Assembly (NCBI RefSeq): GCF_004010195.1
Contig: NC_057758.1
Span: 4,188,962-4,252,961, forward strand
Length of the DNA: 64,000 nt
Reading direction: 5' to 3'
Source: Chiloscyllium plagiosum
Taxonomy: Eukaryota
Shown here: positions 37,610-50,239 of the stretch, piece after piece
Numbering within the stretch: position 1 is the first letter of the stretch
How the letters are laid out: each line of letters begins with the position of its first letter
Made by a program: the position numbers and the translations under genes
Notes under the pieces: generated by a model
Seen by the model: the letters and a program-made list of their open reading frames with translations, nothing else
The model's database searches: none
Told to the model about the DNA's origin: nothing

Positions 37610-39135
37610 GAGCCATGGAATCCTGCAGCACGGAGACAGTGCCATTGCCTTGGCTGGTCCACGACATTCAAAATGTTAATCACCGTTAACTCCATTTCTC
37701 TTAGCCCATATCCTTCTAAACCTTTCCTATCCACGTATTGGTTAAAATGTATTTTAAATATTGTTAATGTACCTGCCCCAGCCACTTCTGCTGTCAGTTC
37801 ATTCCACATACATTCCATTTCACATGCGTACCACCCTCTGTGCAAAACGTTACCCCTCAGTTTTCTTTTTATTGTTTCCGCTTTAAACATAAGTTGATGC
37901 AATGTCGTCCTCAATTATCCAACGGTCGAAAAAGACTGAGCGCATTCACCCTATCCATTCCTCTCTAGATCTGACACACTTCTAAAAAAGTCTGCCTCGC
38001 CCCCATCTCCTATACACTGAAGAAAAATATCCTAGCTTGTACAATCTCTCCCTGTAACCAGACCATTGAGACCAAGCAACATTCTTCTCAATTTATTTTG
38101 CAATCTTTACAGTTTAATAACATCCTTCCTACAGCAAGGTGACCAATACTGAACACAATACTCCAACGTCCTGTACAAATGACACATGACATCCCAACTT
38201 CTATACTCAATGACTTGACTGATGAAGGCCAGTGTACAGTAAGCCTTCTTCACTGCCCTTTCTACCTGATACTCCACTTTCAGGGAACCCTGGATCTAAA
38301 ATCCAAAGTCCATCTGTTCCACGACAGTCCTTAATGCCCTACCTTTTACTATGAACCCCTACCTTGATGTGACTTCCCAACAAATGCAAGACCTCACGTT
38401 TATCTATAGCAAACTTCATTTGACAAATTTCAGACCACTTCCCCAGCTGATCAAGTCCTGCTGCCATTTCAGTCACCTTCTTCACTCTCCATGGTGCCGC
38501 CTGTATTAATGTCACCTGCAAATCTGCTCTTCAGGCCATGTCCAGTCTGATCCAAAACAGTGATACAGATAACAAACAACAGTCTGCCCTGCACCGATCA
38601 TTGAGCCACTCCACGAGTCATAGGCCTCCAGTCAGACAAGAAACTGTCCACAATACCCTCTGTTCTCTACCATCAAGCCAACTGTGTATCCAATTTGCCA
38701 GCCCTTCTGGATTCCATACGAACTGACCTTCCAGAGCAGCCTACCATATGCACCCTTAACAAAGAACATCCTGAAATCCATATAAGCCGCATCTACGGCC
38801 CCGCTCTCAATAAACTTTCTGGTCGCTTCATCAATGAAGTCTAACAAATTTGTTAAGCATGACATCCCAAGCAAATAAAAAAGTCCATGCTGACTGTTTC
38901 TAATTACCCCTATATATCTAAATGCTGGATTATCTTTTCTCAGGATCTGTTCACGTAACCTACCTACCACAGATTGATCTTCCTTTCCCAGGCTTTAATT
39001 TACGACCCTTCTTGAATAAGGGCACGCAATTCGCTGCTCTGCGGTCTTCTGGGACGTCACCCGTGGCTAATGAAAATGCAAAAATATCAGCCATTGACCT
39101 CGCGATGACTTCTCTGGCATTTGTCAAGCTTCTAA
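37610..39135 (-). mobile_element. CR1 LINE RT-3' fragment (duplicated at ~59745-61280)
   Basis: Peptides IRNSQHG..SCLTNLLDF..AAYMDFRMFFVK and WNELTAEVAGAGTLTIFK. Confidence 0.85.
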
Positions 39136-39139
39136 TTTG

Positions 39140-41360
39140 GATAGGCCAAGTTGGATTTTTTATCGGCTAACGAAACAGGCCAGGAGTTAGTTTTGAAGGT
39201 GGCTAAGCAATTTGGTGATAGTGACCACAATTCGGGTGTGTTTCCTATCGTGATGGAAAGGGAGATGTATATACTGCATAGTGTGGGACATAGCTGGGGA
39301 AAAGGCAATTATGATGCAATTAGGCAAGATTTAGTGAAACAAACGGAAGATAATGGGCACCATTGAAAAGTGGAGCTTGATTAAGGAACAGGTACTGAAT
39401 GTTCTTGATAAGTAAGTCCCTGTCAGGCAGGGAGGAAAGGGTTCAGCGAGGGCGTCGTTGTTAACTAAAGCAGTTGAATCCGTTATCAAGGAAGAAAGAG
39501 GCTTAAAGAAAGATGGCGCGTAAAGGCTCAGTGATGGCGCTAAAAAATTATAAGTTAGCCAGGATCGACTTAAAGAGAGAGCTAAGCAGTGACATGAGAG
39601 GACATGAGAATCTTTGGCAGGTCAGATCAAGAAAACCTGTTATGCTTTGTATAGCTATGTCAGGGATAAAAGAATGACAAGGTTTATATAAGGGGCAGTC
39701 AAGAGTAGCCCTTGGAAGGTGCGTGTGGAGGTTGAGGAGATAGGGCAGGCGTGAAAAGAATACTTCGCGTCCGTATTTACACTGGAAATAGACAATGTTG
39801 GCAAGGAGAATACTGAGAGACGAGATATTAAATGAGGCAGGATTGAGGTTCAGAAGGGGGAGGTGGTAGCAATTCTGTAAGTTGTGAAAAGAAATATTTC
39901 CCTTGGACCGAATGGGATTTGATCACGTATTCTCTGGAGGGTAAGGGAGGGGATTGCAGGACATTTGGCTTTGATATTTCTGTCGTCATTGACTACAGGA
40001 ATAGTGGCAGAAGACTGGAGCATTGACCACAGGAATAGTGGCAGAAGACTGGAGGAGAGCAAATATTGTCCCCTGGTTCAAGAACGGAAGTAGAGATAAC
40101 CCTGGACATTACCTGTCTTCAATTGCGAGAAAAGTATTGGAAAGGATTACGATAGAAATGATTTGAAACCATCTGGCAAGGAACAATTTGATTTGGGTTT
40201 GTCAACAAGGTTTTGTAAAGGGTACGTCGTGCCTCAAAAACCTTATTGAGTTGTTTCAGAAGGTAACCAAACAGGTGGATTCGGGTATAGTTATAATGCA
40301 GTGTATATAATTTCAGTAAGGCGATTGATAAGGTTCTCCTTGATAAGCTATTGCACAACATATGGAGGCAGAGGATTGAGTGTGTTTTACCAGTTTGGAT
40401 CAGAGATTGGCTCACTGAAAGAAGACAGAAGGGGCTTTCTTTGATGGGATATGAACATTTACTAGCGGTATACCGCAAAGATCTGTTTAGGGACCGGTGC
40501 TGTTTGTCATTTGTATTCAAGGAACTGGATGAGAGCGTAGAAAGATGGGTTAATGAAGTTGGAGGTGACACTAAAGTCAGTGGAGTTGTGGTCAGTGCCA
40601 ACAGGATGTTGCAGGTTCCAGACCGACAATGACAAGCTGCAGAACTAGGCTGACAGATGGTAAATAGAGGCTAAGGCGGAGAAGCTGCATGGTAAGATTC
40701 TGGGGAGTGTGGATGAGCACAGAGATTTCAGTGATCGATGCCACACAGGTTGATAGGGATACAAAGATATTGTATAGTGTGTTCGCTTTTATAGGTGAGG
40801 GATTGAGTTTCGATGCAATCAGATCATGTTGCTGTACGAGTCACTGGTGCAGCTTCACTTGGAGTACTGCATGCAGTTCTGGTTGCTGCATGAGAGAAAT
40901 GCTGTGTGAGATTTGGAAAGGGCGCAGGGGACATTTACCAGGATGTTGCCTGATATGGAAAGAAGATCTGAAGAGGAAAGGCTATGGTCCTTGAGGCTGC
41001 TTTCGTTAGAGAGAATGCAGAGAGGTCATGTAATTGAGGCATAAAAGATGGTCAGAGGATGGATAGGTGGATAGTGAGAGTCCCTTTCCTCGAATGATGA
41101 TGGCTAGCACGGGAGACATAACTTACAAATTGAGAGATGATAGACGGAGGACAGATGTGAGATGTAGGCTTTTATAGTCAGAGAGTAGTAAAAGCCTGGA
41201 ACGCCCTCCCTCAAACAGTGGTCGACTAACAAACGTTAAGGGCATTTAACTGTCATTGGATAAATAATGGATGAAAATGGAATAATGACAGTTAGATGAG
41301 CTTCAGATTGGTTTCACAGAACGGCGCAAAGATGGAGTGCTGAAGAGCTGCACTGTGTTC
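39140..41360 (+). mobile_element. CR1 LINE, endonuclease C-terminus through 3' end, head-to-head with the preceding element
   Basis: KQFGDSDHNS (endonuclease SDH motif), WIRDWLTERRQK, ELDESVERWVNEVGGDTKV; includes a 34-bp tandem duplication at 39987-40054. Confidence 0.85.
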
Positions 41361-41599
41361 TTGGATATATCTGTTCAGAACTAGGAGAGCATTCCATTTA
41401 TTACCTTCTAATACATTCAAAATAACCTCTACTGTGATGTGGGCTTTCCCCAAGATATCACAAAAACATCCCCAAGTTCCTAAGTCTTGATATCTTATTC
41501 CATGACAAACGCAGAGGATAAATGATCATGGAGGAACTTGCCCATTTCCTGCTCATCTCCATGTGCATTATTACTTTGTTACTACAGGGGACATCTCTT

Positions 41600-42110
41600 C
41601 TCTCTAGTTTTTTTTTATCCTTTAGTATACTTAATCCACCTCTTTGGACTCCCCCTGATCATCTCAGCCAATGCTATCTTGTGCCCCGCTTTTCACCACA
41701 CTGATTTACTTCATCAGTGATTTCCTGTATTCTCTATATACCTTCAGAGATTCCCTTTATCCCAGGTGCCTGTACCTGAGCTATACACCCGTCTTTTCTG
41801 TTCAAAACAATAATATCACTTGTCATCCAGGATTCCATATTCCTGTCCAAATTACCCTTCAGCCGCACAGGAACACGTGGACCTTGAATTTGAACTGTCT
41901 CAGTTTTCAAGTCCTCCCACTTGCCGCAGATCACTTTGCTTGCAACAAAATATTCCAATCAACTACTACAAGCTCCTGTCTAATTCCATTAAAATCCACC
42001 TTTCCTCAATTGAGAACTTTAACAGTGGAACAGTTTTGCCCCTCTCTATGACTATTATAAAATCAATAGAACTATGATCAGTCGTCCCAACGTGCTTGCC
42101 ACTGTCCCCT
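41600..42110 (-). mobile_element. CR1 LINE ORF2 fragment
   Basis: Minus-strand peptide GKWEDLKTETVQIQGPRVPVRLKG..WMTSDI. Confidence 0.7.
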
Positions 42111-43439
42111 CCATCATCTCCCACGTCACCTCATGAAACCAAGGAAGCAGAAAACCAACTTTAAAATGGCGCCAATGCTTTCTTTGAAATGAACAATGGC
42201 TGCTCGCAGTTCGGTCAATTGTTGACGGGGGTAGCAGCTAGAGTCTGTCTTTAACCCCGTTGAAATTCTACTGAGAATGATGCGTTTGAATCATTGAAAG
42301 AGCTGTGTGATATTGTCCGTTGTCCTTTGTTCTGCTGGATCTGCTGTAACTTTCCTTTCTGTTCACATATCGACTTACAGGGATATATTGTATGACCGAG
42401 TGAGCTACCAGCTCTCGTTGTTATGGCATGTTCCAGTTAACCAAACTTGAAAGCGTTTTCCACATTCCTCAAATCAGCCTTTTCGCAGTTCGCATCAGTG
42501 CATCTCGACCAGTGACTGAATCTCACCCAACCTCATACACTGCCGAGAAGCAGACCTCGAGATTTCCCTCCAGTACTCTGGCACCAACATACAAACCTCT
42601 CGACCAGACCAGAAAATGCATCACTGCTGATCTTGGGAGTTTACTGTGTGAAAACCGCAACTATTATCTCCCTGAATAAAACATTGGCATCACTAATTTG
42701 CTATTACACGTCTATCTAACATTCTAAGACACCTTGGGATTATCTCCCGCTCGCGCTATCCACTGTATTTCACGAAATTGCTCTACTTTTGTTTCGCAGT
42801 TGTTTTCCTTGTCTCATCCTTGTCCTGTTATATCTATTAAATCTGCGAACAATGCTTCAACTTTCCACCTTAGTGTTATTGCTATTGTGGCAAAGTTGAG
42901 GTTGGGTCACTGGTTTGCCGATTTTACTATCCGAATTATGTCAACAATGGAGATTCAGTTCGGGCATCAGCTGAGATAAAGATCATTAGGAATAAGACCA
43001 AACATCACTTATCCCACACTATCTATAATACAGAACTGAAGATGTATCTCTGTTTGATTGAGCATTTGGGTATGTTTGTCTGCGGTGTCTGTGCGAACAT
43101 TCATGTGTTACTGTGCATTGGTGACTTCGTGTGTGTATATGTCAGTGCATGTGGCCGGTGCTACATTTGAGTCTACACTTGTGCATGTTACAGTGTGAGT
43201 CATGAATGAAATGTCTCCCATGTGCATCATGGATTAAATCCGTGTTTTGTTTTTCACAGTTATTAACTACAGGAGACCCTGCGTTATCAATTGAGGACAT
43301 TCCATCTTCCAAATAGATTATACTGCAGCAGAAAATCAGCAGAGGATGAGAACTGTCCAGTTCTTGGTTTTTAGATTTTTGATGATGGTGCAGAGACCAT
43401 GAAATGTGGCGTTGGGAACGCATAGAAGGTCAGGCAACA

Positions 43440-43855
43440 CCTAAGGACTAGCAGGGTTGACGTTTTGGGCAGGACACTTCAACAATTCTGGGGAGTGGAG
43501 AGGCGGACTGAGAAATGAATACCAGGTTTAGTTCTCGGGTAAAAGGAGGTTGGATGACGATAGATGCACACAGGTAGGAGATGATTGTGCTAGGTCCGTC
43601 TGAAATGAGGAACGGACAGGTGGGAAGGAATATGTTAAGGTAGGGCAGGTCAATAGGATAGTGTCGAGTCAAAGGGTTGTATCTGTGATGGGAGTGACGA
43701 TTGGGAAACTAGTGAAGTCCGTGTTGATGCCATGTGCTTGTAGTTCCTCAAGGTGGAAAATGACATGTGCTTCCCCCAGTTTGTGGGTGGCCTTGATTAG
43801 GCGGTGGAGGAGACTCAGATTGGGCACATCATCGGGGGAGGTGAAATGGTTGGAC
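43440..43855 (-). mobile_element. Old Penelope-like fragment (GIY-YIG C-terminus and 3' region)
   Basis: HFTSP..LSLLH..ATHKLGEAHVIFHLEELQAHGINTDF parallels HFNSPSH..LGLLH..RRLEEERLIFRLG..PQGMNSDF at 55.5 kb. Confidence 0.75.
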
Positions 43856-45555
43856 ACCTTCAGTCTCTATAGCCTGGGCCCATCGAGATTGTGCTCATCT
43901 CCATGAAACCCAACTCACTCTTTTTGAAACGTCAAAACAGTTGATCACTGCATTGCTAACATCCTGTCATATTTGTCTAATTTCAGATTGTGACGATTGT
44001 GAACCATGTTGCCATCGGTGGGCCCAACGGTCAGAAATGGCAGAGACATGGTCATTACTGTCAGCTCCATACCAGCCAGCTTCATAGATTCACTGTTGAG
44101 ATAAAATACAAAATGCACCGTTACCATCTCTCTGAAGTATGAGTAGAGGGATAATAGACAATACGTTATAAACGCATGTTCACTTCCACCTAGAAGGACA
44201 AGGGTGGTAGACACAAAGGAGCATTTCAAATTGTACTCCAAGCCACTCACCATCGTGACTTGGAAATATATCAGTTATTCCTTAAATATCGCCCAGTTCA
44301 GATCCTAGAATTTATACCTCTGCAGTTGATTATGGGTCAGTCTATAGCACACGGACTGCAAGAAGGAGCTCATGTTCCCAACCCCCAACAACCGCATAAC
44401 CTCTTCTCTAAATTTGTCTGACAGTGAAAACATGGTGAAATAAAATCAGGAGAAAAGGGACAGTCGGAGTTATGATATGGTGAAGAAATTCGATTGTCAC
44501 CNNNNNNNNNNNNNNNNNNNNNNNNNNNNNNNNNNNNNNNNNNNNNNNNNNNNNNNNNNNNNNNNNNNNNNNNNNNNNNNNNNNNNNNNNNNNNNNNNNN
44601 NNNNNNNNNNNNNNNNNNNNNNNNNNNNNNNNNNNNNNNNNNNNNNNNNNNNNNNNNNNNNNNNNNNNNNNNNNNNNNNNNNNNNNNNNNNNNNNNNNNN
44701 NNNNNNNNNNNNNNNNNNNNNNNNNNNNNNNNNNNNNNNNNNNNNNNNNNNNNNNNNNNNNNNNNNNNNNNNNNNNNNNNNNNNNNNNNNNNNNNNNNNN
44801 NNNNNNNNNNNNNNNNNNNNNNNNNNNNNNNNNNNNNNNNNNNNNNNNNNNNNNNNNNNNNNNNNNNNNNNNNNNNNNNNNNNNNNNNNNNNNNNNNNNN
44901 NNNNNNNNNNNNNNNNNNNNNNNNNNNNNNNNNNNNNNNNNNNNNNNNNNNNNNNNNNNNNNNNNNNNNNNNNNNNNNNNNNNNNNNNNNNNNNNNNNNN
45001 NACACCCAACCAGTCACATGCCTCCAGACAGACAAGCATCCTTCCACTATTATCTTTTTTTCTTCTTTTTTAGGTTGAACAGGATATCTGACATTTCTGT
45101 TTTTTAACAGTCCACCTTAACTTTTTTCTAATAACCACACATACTACCGCCCAACTGCATGAGTGCTTATTTTGCCCCAGCAGCGAAGTTGTGTGTGTGT
45201 CTGTGCAGGTGTGTGACACAGTGAAAGACACAAGGTGTACAAAGCATTATTAAATTTCGACCACAAGAAGAAATTAAACACCTAAGTGGCCAACGACAAG
45301 CAGTGGCCTTCACATCAAAGGGCAATCCTGTGTGATCAGACAGTCAAGGGGAGGGAAGGGATTGGCGGGGAAAATAATATACTCCACTCCCTGCGGCACC
45401 CACTATTCCCTGAACAGCTCAAGGGTGTTGGTGGACACTGCGTGATCCTTCTCCAGACACCCGGGCTCTAACATAAACGTGGAAAGAGTGGCAGCCAGCC
45501 GGCTCTAACGACCTTCTCCATGGCCTGCTGCCTGGACCTGGTTATGATCAGTTTG

Positions 45556-45646
45556 CTGAAACTTTATTGCTGGAACAGCACAGCAGGTCAGGCAGCATCT
45601 AGGGAACAGAAGATTCGACGTTTCGGGCACATGCCCTTCTTCAGGA
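45556..45646 (-). mobile_element. 91-bp Penelope pLTR-derived insertion with 12-bp target-site duplication
   Basis: atgatcagtttg at 45544-45555 and 45647-45658 flanks a sequence homologous to one arm of the 4158-4380 palindrome. Confidence 0.85.
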
Positions 45647-45648
45647 AT
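45613..45648 (-). ncRNA. Minimal type I hammerhead ribozyme motif, best-preserved copy
   Basis: ATTC CTGAAGA A GGGCA-TG-TGCCC GAAA CG TC GAAT: perfect 4-bp stem I (ATTC/GAAT), stem II, conserved core, GUC triplet. Confidence 0.75.
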
Positions 45649-46039
45649 GATCAGTTTGGCCAGGCCGAGCAGCAGACCCACGAGGAGGTCCTCTGATCTA
45701 CCCTAAATTCTCTGTATCGATTTTCCGAAGATCAGAAGCGTGGGAGTGAACTGTAATTAAAATCAGAGCAAAAGGTTTTATTTAGAAATCACAAAGGGAG
45801 TGCAAGAACCCACACTCAATATAATTCTTCCAATATTACGCTCTGCTTCCTATCATTAATCCAATGTATGTCCAATTTGCTAGCTCCTTCTAGACTCCAA
45901 ATCGATCTAATCTTCCAGAGCACCCTACTACACTTATGAAAGGCCGAACTGAAATCCATATAGGCTGCATCGATCACACTTCCATTGTCAATATTCCAGG
46001 TCAGTTCATCAAAGAACTCTAAATGCTCCTCTGAAATAC

Positions 46040-49000
46040 GTAACTCGTGACTCAGTGGCCTCCATTCGCAGCAGCGGGAGCAGTGTGAGGGTGTATACGA
46101 AGACGATCAGGAAGGGAAGTTTCCATTTTAAAAACTGAAATCCTGAATAGTTGTGATGAAGTCTCAAAGACAGTGGACCGAGACACGGGGAATACTGGAC
46201 ACATGAACTGAGTGTATATTCGGACCGTTGTGAAACTGGAGTAGCTACACTTGTCCTCCGCTACAGGGAGAAAAAGGCAGTATCTGGTGGCTTGGTAATG
46301 TCAGGCTTTTTTCCCCATTATTCAATCTCTGTTGGCAATTTAGAGCAAGGGGAAGGACGTTAGGGCAGTTACATGATCCTCTTGCAGGATGTGGGATGGA
46401 AGGGTTATCACTGGTGTCCCTGCTGACTGCAGCTGTGAGAAGTGCACCCAAATCCAAGTCCTCACAGATTAAGTTCGGCAACTGGAGCTGGATGAACTTC
46501 GGATCTTTCGACAGGCTGAGGGGTTAATAGGGAGGAATTATGCGGAGGTAGTCACACCTAAGGCTGAGGATAAATTTAGCTGGCTGATCGTCAGGAGAGG
46601 AAAAGACAATTGGCAGACAGTGTAGGGACAGCCAGAGGCGTTTCTCTCAATAATATTTATATCATTTTAAATTCTGTTGAATTGAGCAGCAACCTATCAG
46701 GAGAAACGACACGTTTCTGGCACTGAGCCTGGCTCTGTGGCTCAGAAGCGAAGCAGGAAACATGGGAAAACAACATTGATAAGAAATACAATGGCAAGAG
46801 TAACAGATAGGAGATTCTGTGGTTGCGAGCGAGATACCCATCTTATATGTTTCCAGGATCAAAGATGTTTTGGATAGGATCTACTGGATTTGTAAGGGGG
46901 AGGAAGAGGTGCCAGAATATCGCCATGCAAATCAGGACCAATAATATATGGAGGAAAAGGGATGAGGAGCTGAAAAAGAGAGATCAGGCGGAAGTTAGCA
47001 TATAGGACGATCAAAGTAGTAATCTAAGATTGCTACCCGCTCCACGTGCTAGTGAGGCGACGGATAATGAGGGAGTGCTGCTGAACACGTTGCCTCAGGG
47101 TGGCGAAGGAGGGATGGCTTCAGATATGTGTATCTTTGGGATGCCCTTTGGGGAATGTGGGATCTTTAGAAGGACGGGTTTCCCCTGAATTGGAAGGGCA
47201 GGAGTATTGCGAAAGCTTTTTGCGAAGATTTAAAATACATTGGAAAGGGGTGGGAACCAGAACTACAGATTGGGTGATGAATTAGGTAGTTAACCAGCCA
47301 GATGCAGTGTGCAGAGAGTCTGTGAGTAGGCATAGCAACTTGATAGGGCAAACGTGCAGTAAGTGTAATAATTCAAGAAGTATCAGTATTAAAGGGGATG
47401 AACTCAGAGCATGGATCAGTACTTGGAACTATAACGTTGTGAAAATTACAAAGACTTGGATATGAAAGAGGCAGGAATGTTTGTTGGATGATCCAAGTGT
47501 CAGATGTTCCATAAACAATGGTGGGAGGTAATGGCGGGGAGTTTGAAGGTAATCGAGGTGGAGGAGTGACATTGCTAATCAGGAATTCTATCGCTACTGC
47601 AGAACGGGAGACGTCGAGGAGGGTCTGTCTCCAGAGTCACTTTGCTTTGAAGTCAGAAGCAGGAAAGGAGCAGCCACTTTATTGGACGTTTCTTTTATAG
47701 GCGCCTCAAAAGCAAGAAAGAGGCAGAGGAGCAAATTGGGAGGCAGATTTTCAAGCGGTGCAGAAGTAAGGCAGTTGTCAGAAGGTACTTCAACTTGTCT
47801 AATATTGATTGGAACTCCTTAATTCAAATTGTTTGGAATTAGCATTATTTGTCAATTGTGTTCAGGAAGGGTTTCTGGTGCAATATATGGATAGGCTGGC
47901 TCAAGGGAAGCCATATTGGATATGGTGTGATGCAATGAAACATGTCGGGTGTCAAATCACTCAGTGGGAGAGCATTTTAGTGATAATGATTACAACTCCC
48001 TAATGTTTACTATAGCCATCGAGAGGAATAGGAGCAGACGGTATTGGAACTACGATTTCAGTTGGCAATAACTGGGTTGCCTAAATTGGGAATGGATGTT
48101 CTCAGGCAGGTTAACAACAGAAATGTTGAGGTCGGTTAGGAAGCACATGCTCATAGTGCTGGGCAGGTTTGCCCCACCGAGGCAAGGAAGGAGTAGTAGA
48201 TTAAAAGAGCCTTGGATGATATGTGATGTGGAACATCTGGTCAAATGCAAGAAGGAAGCTTACATAATGTTGATGAGGCAACGATCTGACAGGGCTTTGA
48301 AGGACTACAAGGGTGGCAGGAAGAAAGTGAAGAATGGATTTAAGAGAGATAGAAGGAAATATGAAAAAAGCTTTAACGGGTAGGATTAAGGAAAATCCTA
48401 AGGCGTTGTGCATTTACGTGAGGAACAAGATTATAGCCAGAGTGAGGGTATGGTTGATCAAGGATAGTGGAGGTATTTTGTGGGTGAATAGGAAGGAAGT
48501 AGGGGAGCTCCTTAATGAATATTTTGCTTCATTATTCACAACTGAGAATGTCCTTGGCGTTTGGGAGGACAGAGGGAAATGACTGATGTGCTGGAACATC
48601 TTGATATTAGGAAGGAGGATGGGCTGAACATTTTGAAAAACATAAGGATGGGTAAATCCCCAGGGCTGGATGGGATATAACAGAGGTTTACTGCAGAAAG
48701 CGTGAGAAGAGAAGCTCCATCTTTGGCGATGATCGTTGCGCCCTCATTGTCCACTGGTACAGGACCAGATGAATTGAGGATGTCAAATGTTGTTCAAGAA
48801 ATCGATTAGGGATCATCCTCGGAATGAAAGACAAGCTACTCTTCCGTCAGTGGTGGCCGAAGTATTAGAGATCATACTGAGACACAAGAGTTTAGGGACT
48901 TTAAATTCGTAGCTTGATTTGACATAGCCATCATGTTTTTTTTGTGGGACAGCACTGCCTCACAAACATTATTGACTTCTTTGAGTATGTGAAGAAAAAC

Positions 49001-49273
49001 ATGTTGCTGAAGGTAGAGCTGTGCATGTGGTGTCCAAGGCGTTTGATGACGTATCCCAATGGTCGGCTGATTCAGGAAGTAAGGAGACATGAGATGCAGG
49101 GATATCTGTCTGTCTGGATACAGAGTTGGCAAGGCTCCAGGAGACAGAGTGCTGTGTTTGATGGAAGGTTTTTAGCCTGATCCTTTTTGGCCAGTGGTGT
49201 TCACAGGAATCGGATCTGGCCCCTCTGCTGATTGTGATTTTTACAAATTACTTGGGTGAGGAAGTGGATCGGT
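46040..49273 (+). mobile_element. Long decayed CR1 LINE with ORF1 (zinc-finger/coiled-coil/esterase) and ORF2 (endonuclease-RT), running into a gap
   Basis: ORF1 remnants CEKCTQIQVLTD*VRQLELDELRIFRQAEG and RFCGCERDT; ORF2 remnants RGGGVTLLIRNSI, RIKENPKALCIYVRNK, CLTNIIDFFE. Confidence 0.85.
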
Positions 49274-50239
49274 NNNNNNNNNNNNNNNNNNNNNNNNNNN
49301 NNNNNNNNNNNNNNNNNNNNNNNNNNNNNNNNNNNNNNNNNNNNNNNNNNNNNNNNNNNNNNNNNNNNNNNNNNNNNNNNNNNNNNNNNNNNNNNNNNNN
49401 NNNNNNNNNNNNNNNNNNNNNNNNNNNNNNNNNNNNNNNNNNNNNNNNNNNNNNNNNNNNNNNNNNNNNNNNNNNNNNNNNNNNNNNNNNNNNNNNNNNN
49501 NNNNNNNNNNNNNNNNNNNNNNNNNNNNNNNNNNNNNNNNNNNNNNNNNNNNNNNNNNNNNNNNNNNNNNNNNNNNNNNNNNNNNNNNNNNNNNNNNNNN
49601 NNNNNNNNNNNNNNNNNNNNNNNNNNNNNNNNNNNNNNNNNNNNNNNNNNNNNNNNNNNNNNNNNNNNNNNNNNNNNNNNNNNNNNNNNNNNNNNNNNNN
49701 NNNNNNNNNNNNNNNNNNNNNNNNNNNNNNNNNNNNNNNNNNNNNNNNNNNNNNNNNNNNNNNNNNNNNNNNNNNNNNNNNNNNNNNNNNNNNNNNNNNN
49801 NNNNNNNNNNNNNNNNNNNNNNNNNNNNNNNNNNNNNNNNNNNNNNNNNNNNNNNNNNNNNNNNNNNNNNNNNNNNNNNNNNNNNNNNNNNNNNNNNNNN
49901 NNNNNNNNNNNNNNNNNNNNNNNNNNNNNNNNNNNNNNNNNNNNNNNNNNNNNNNNNNNNNNNNNNNNNNNNNNNNNNNNNNNNNNNNNNNNNNNNNNNN
50001 NNNNNNNNNNNNNNNNNNNNNNNNNNNNNNNNNNNNNNNNNNNNNNNNNNNNNNNNNNNNNNNNNNNNNNNNNNNNNNNNNNNNNNNNNNNNNNNNNNNN
50101 NNNNNNNNNNNNNNNNNNNNNNNNNNNNNNCCCAGTAGAATTTATTCGTGTTGCCCCTATCAAAGATATTGAACACCCACCTTTCGGCTTTAAACTCCCT
50201 TTGCCACCACTTAGCTCAGCTCTGCAGGTTATCTACGCC

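Larger units (their letters stand above)
34315..41598 (+). repeat. Segmental duplication, copy A (~7.3 kb)
   Basis: Collinear with 56376-62068 (direct) and 62569-64000 (inverted), including non-repetitive sequence and shared TE junctions. Confidence 0.95.
45185..45720 (-). mobile_element. L1/Tx1-clade LINE 3' end, interrupted by a hammerhead mini-insertion
   Basis: With 45556-45658 removed, the minus strand reads SEDLLVGLLLGLAKLIITRSRQQAMEKVVRAGWLPLFHVYVRARVS, resembling the Tx1-like ORF2 C-terminus. Confidence 0.7.

Noticed and set aside
39135..39150. Twin-priming 5' inversion of a single CR1
   Set aside because: Both halves contain RT and their own 3' ends, so they are two independent head-to-head elements
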